A stretch of DNA of 63,706 nt, counting the filler, from Lenisia limosa (Eukaryota; Protista; Breviatea), in NCBI GenBank assembly GCA_001655205.1. It is 13 parts of 13 records of this genome, joined end to end, with 100 filler letters (N's around TTAATTAATTAA, not from the genome) between each part and the next. Parts side by side here need not be neighbours in the genome. Positions count along the whole stretch, not along the records: positions 56,728 to 62,050 come from LPNZ01006303.1; positions 62,151 to 63,706 come from LPNZ01002038.1; 11 more parts are not named here. One strand, 5' to 3'. The position numbers and the translations under genes were made by a program. Positions within the stretch are counted from its first letter, which is position 1, and the number at the start of each line of letters is the position of its first letter. The notes beneath the pieces are model-generated. The model saw only the letters and a list, made by a program, of their open reading frames with translations. It did no database searches and was not told the DNA's origin. Of this stretch, positions 60,818 to 63,706 are shown one piece after another.

Positions 60818-62150
60818 TTAGGAATGTATTGACGATTTGTCTTGTGCAAACTAAGTGAATATCTTAATAATCATTCCCCTACTGTGCCCCCCTCCTTTTC
60901 TACTGTATGGACCGATAGTTACACATGCACAGTTTTCACGTGGCTCAAACGTGGTGACTGCCCTAGGAATATTCTAACGAATAGGGACAAAAGATGTTAA
61001 AAATGAATTTCAAAATAAACCAATAAAGCCGGAGTCCACGCGAAAACAATGTTTTGGAATTTCGCCCAGGGGTGACGGTCATTGTATAAACCCCCCAGGT
61101 GGCGGTATAATGACCATTTTTATGCTCTTATTATCTCTTTTTACTACGTCGAGGACTTCACGGTTTTAAATATGTGTTTTAAAGTAGTCTATAGCAGCCC
61201 AAACTTAATTAAAAAAAGAGAAAAGTTGTAGGAAGTTAACCGTATTTTTCTGACATTGTGTTAAAACACAGAAGACTAAGAAATGACGAAGGTTGGTGTT
61301 CTTTGGATTGTTTAAGTTTATATATAACAATTATCAGGAAGGATGGCGAGGGAGAGGCCTTTTGATACTTGCGAAGTGCTGTTTACGAACTCCATTGTCT
61401 TAAGGTGTGCCTTCTGCCCTTCTTATTAACATATCTTATTGTATTAATAACTATCAATTGCAAAAATGGGAACTTTGGAATATGTACCGGACTTCCTCTT
61501 CAGCATTACACTTTTCTCTCCCCTGATCAGTGCATTCTCTCACTCGCAACCGTATGGCAATTGATTCCCAATTCTTCCAGTACCTGTTTAATTGTCTTTA
61601 AATGTTTATTTATTATGCTTTATTTAATTTTGTAGCCACATATTTATGTCGTAGTTTATCAAAGTGTTGCTCTTGTACTGACTTATTTACCATTGGTGGA
61701 AACATAATTGAACAGCAAATCCAGCAAACAACAAAATGATGATTCTTTGAGTCTTCTAGTTTGTTGTTTCTTCTATGTCAGCGTTGGTTTATTTTTTAAA
61801 AAAGCATGTCCATTTGCCCATTAAGTTGCCCTTTTCTCCATCTTGAGGTTGTCATCCTGAGCGACTACCGAAGATGCATCAAGGGGAAGATGTACATAGG
61901 TAGGTTGTCTTTTGGGAGGTGACAAAGAACCAAACCCTGAAGAAACGGAGGTCAACGAGGCAAGTGTCTACCTCAGTGCCTACACCTCGCGACCGTAACA
62001 AGGTCATGAAGGGGATTGTTGGTTCGTGATTAGGTTATTTTTTGTTTGTTNNNNNNNNNNNNNNNNNNNNNNNNNNNNNNNNNNNNNNNNNNNNTTAATT
62101 AATTAANNNNNNNNNNNNNNNNNNNNNNNNNNNNNNNNNNNNNNNNNNNN

Positions 62151-62215
62151 TGATGATGGTGATGGTGATGATGGGATGGTGATGGTGATGATGGTGATGA
62201 TGGTGTTTATGATGA
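62151..62215. repeat. (GAT/GGT)n trinucleotide microsatellite
   Basis: TGATGATGGTGATGGTGATGATG... at the start of the last contig. Confidence 0.85.
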
Positions 62216-63706
62216 TATGTTCAATTATTGGAGAGACTGATGCTGTTATGATTCGGTGTTAGCGGTGAAGATGATGGGGTGGTAGGTGAGGATGGTGATG
62301 TTGGAGGTGAATGATGATGATGGGGGCCTGATAAGGCGTGACAGGGGCAAAACTACATGAACTGTGACTAGAGGAAAATGGTGGTGATGTCATTAATCTG
62401 GGAGCTAAAAGACAACCAGTCAGCTGTTTGAGGTAATAACAAAAGGGGGATGGAAACATGACTGAGGATGATAAAACGAAAATTACTGAGCAAAAGATCA
62501 TACCTCTTTCAAAAAGGCATGGCTGTGGCTTCCAAATTCTGACATTTCTACAATGAAAGGTTACAACTGCGGGGTAGAAGGCACAAAACTCACTGTTAGT
62601 GTACACATCCCAGCCTTTGCGAGCTGCGTTGACGATTGTTCTCGTCATAACTTTGTTAACACTTTGAAGTCCATGCTCCTCAGCGAGGCGAACGCCAGCA
62701 CGATCGACATTAGGCAGCATTTTGCCGCCAAATGACTAAGAAATGTGTTTCGGCCGAGACTTTCTCAGATTTAGTTTCTACCTGGGACAAACACCGTATC
62801 CTAATCAGTCCTATCGTCAAAAGGTGGGTTTTGTGAAAAAAATGAGTTGAAAGAAAGCCCCCCCAGGGTCTGCTATTTATACTATTGTCTAGAAATCCTT
62901 CAATCCTTTTGATTCCAGCTAATGATAATGGTATAACCTTCTTCAGTAGAAAAAGTAACTTAGAATTGTATATACTGATCTTCGCATCACATTACCTTTT
63001 TTTCTTGACCTTTTGAGAGCCTTCTGTGGCTCTACCTATTGGCAAAGCTCATATAAAACGAGAGAATAGGAGAAACCTTGCAACATGCAACCAACGCCTG
63101 TTCCTTCGCACTTTCTGAGGAACCCATCACAACACCCTCAACAGCACTCCCCGCACTACTATCAAGGCGGCCAATCGCATCCTAGTATTCCCCAGTCTTT
63201 CCAATCTCCAGTCCGAAATAATGCGCATCAAGTTTGTGGGGGTCTGTGAATGTTTGATATTTTTTGGATGGTTGCCTGAATTGTAAATGTTTTACCGTTA
63301 ATTCTATTGATGTCTGACTTACTATTATTACATTCACTAAATGCTCCTTATAAACGTGATGGTGTTGACGACTTTGACCAGATAGTTACTTTTTCATTTC
63401 CTTTTATAAATATATATATTATATATATTAATATGATATACTACATATCGATATCTAATAGATATATCATATATGATATATAATATACTATACATATCTC
63501 CTAGTACCTCTGTGCCAATTCCTCAAAAGATTCCTATATAAAGAAGCAAATGACCTTTCATTTAATAATTTGTTAATTTTCCGCCAATTTGTTTGTGATA
63601 ACCCTTCCCTCAGTTATATGCTATGTGTTTCCTCAATGTTACATATGATCATATTATATTTCATACTATATTTCATCGTTGCTGTACGCTGGAGTGGTGG
63701 GATGCG

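Noticed and set aside
62259-62720. 153-aa minus-strand ORF with a His/Pro-rich end
   Set aside because: The tail is the translation of a GAT/GGT microsatellite. No domain or splice support was found for either strand.
1-63706. Gene neighbourhood or cluster interpretation (for example ADA, PI4K2, RPA1, cyclase and PP1 as a pathway)
   Set aside because: The genes lie on different contigs concatenated artificially. Only within-contig adjacency is meaningful.
1-63706. tRNA, rRNA, snRNA or telomeric repeats
   Set aside because: None were recognised by eye. A covariance-model search would be needed to exclude divergent small RNAs.

Overview
This is not one locus. It is 13 unrelated eukaryotic contigs/scaffolds joined by an artificial 100-bp linker (44 N + TTAATTAATTAA + 44 N). 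The DNA is AT-rich and very intron-rich, probably from a protist; the lineage cannot be assigned from this window. Standard stop codons are used. Genes recognised by splicing exons by hand: adenosine deaminase, an ABCB6/ATM1-like fragment, type II PI4-kinase, RNA polymerase I largest subunit, a roughly 30-exon coiled-coil protein, two ankyrin-repeat genes, a membrane class III nucleotide cyclase, PP1 catalytic subunit, and a head-to-head pair of decayed pogo-like DDE transposase paralogs. The most unusual signals concern splicing. (1) The intact PP1 gene needs three 22-25 nt introns that end in TG rather than AG; two are forced and one is the best fit. (2) Two intron styles coexist: 22-30 nt T-rich micro-introns and long introns with G-runs after GT and C-runs before AG. 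(3) Repeated modules of about 80-120 bp form or approach intron 3' ends, always on the transcribed strand. (4) A roughly 75-bp hairpin element is strand-biased in introns. (5) Exon/intron junctions are often locally duplicated. Introns also carry two TA-flanked MITE families. Gene models are manual and many exons fall in N gaps; repeat coordinates are approximate.
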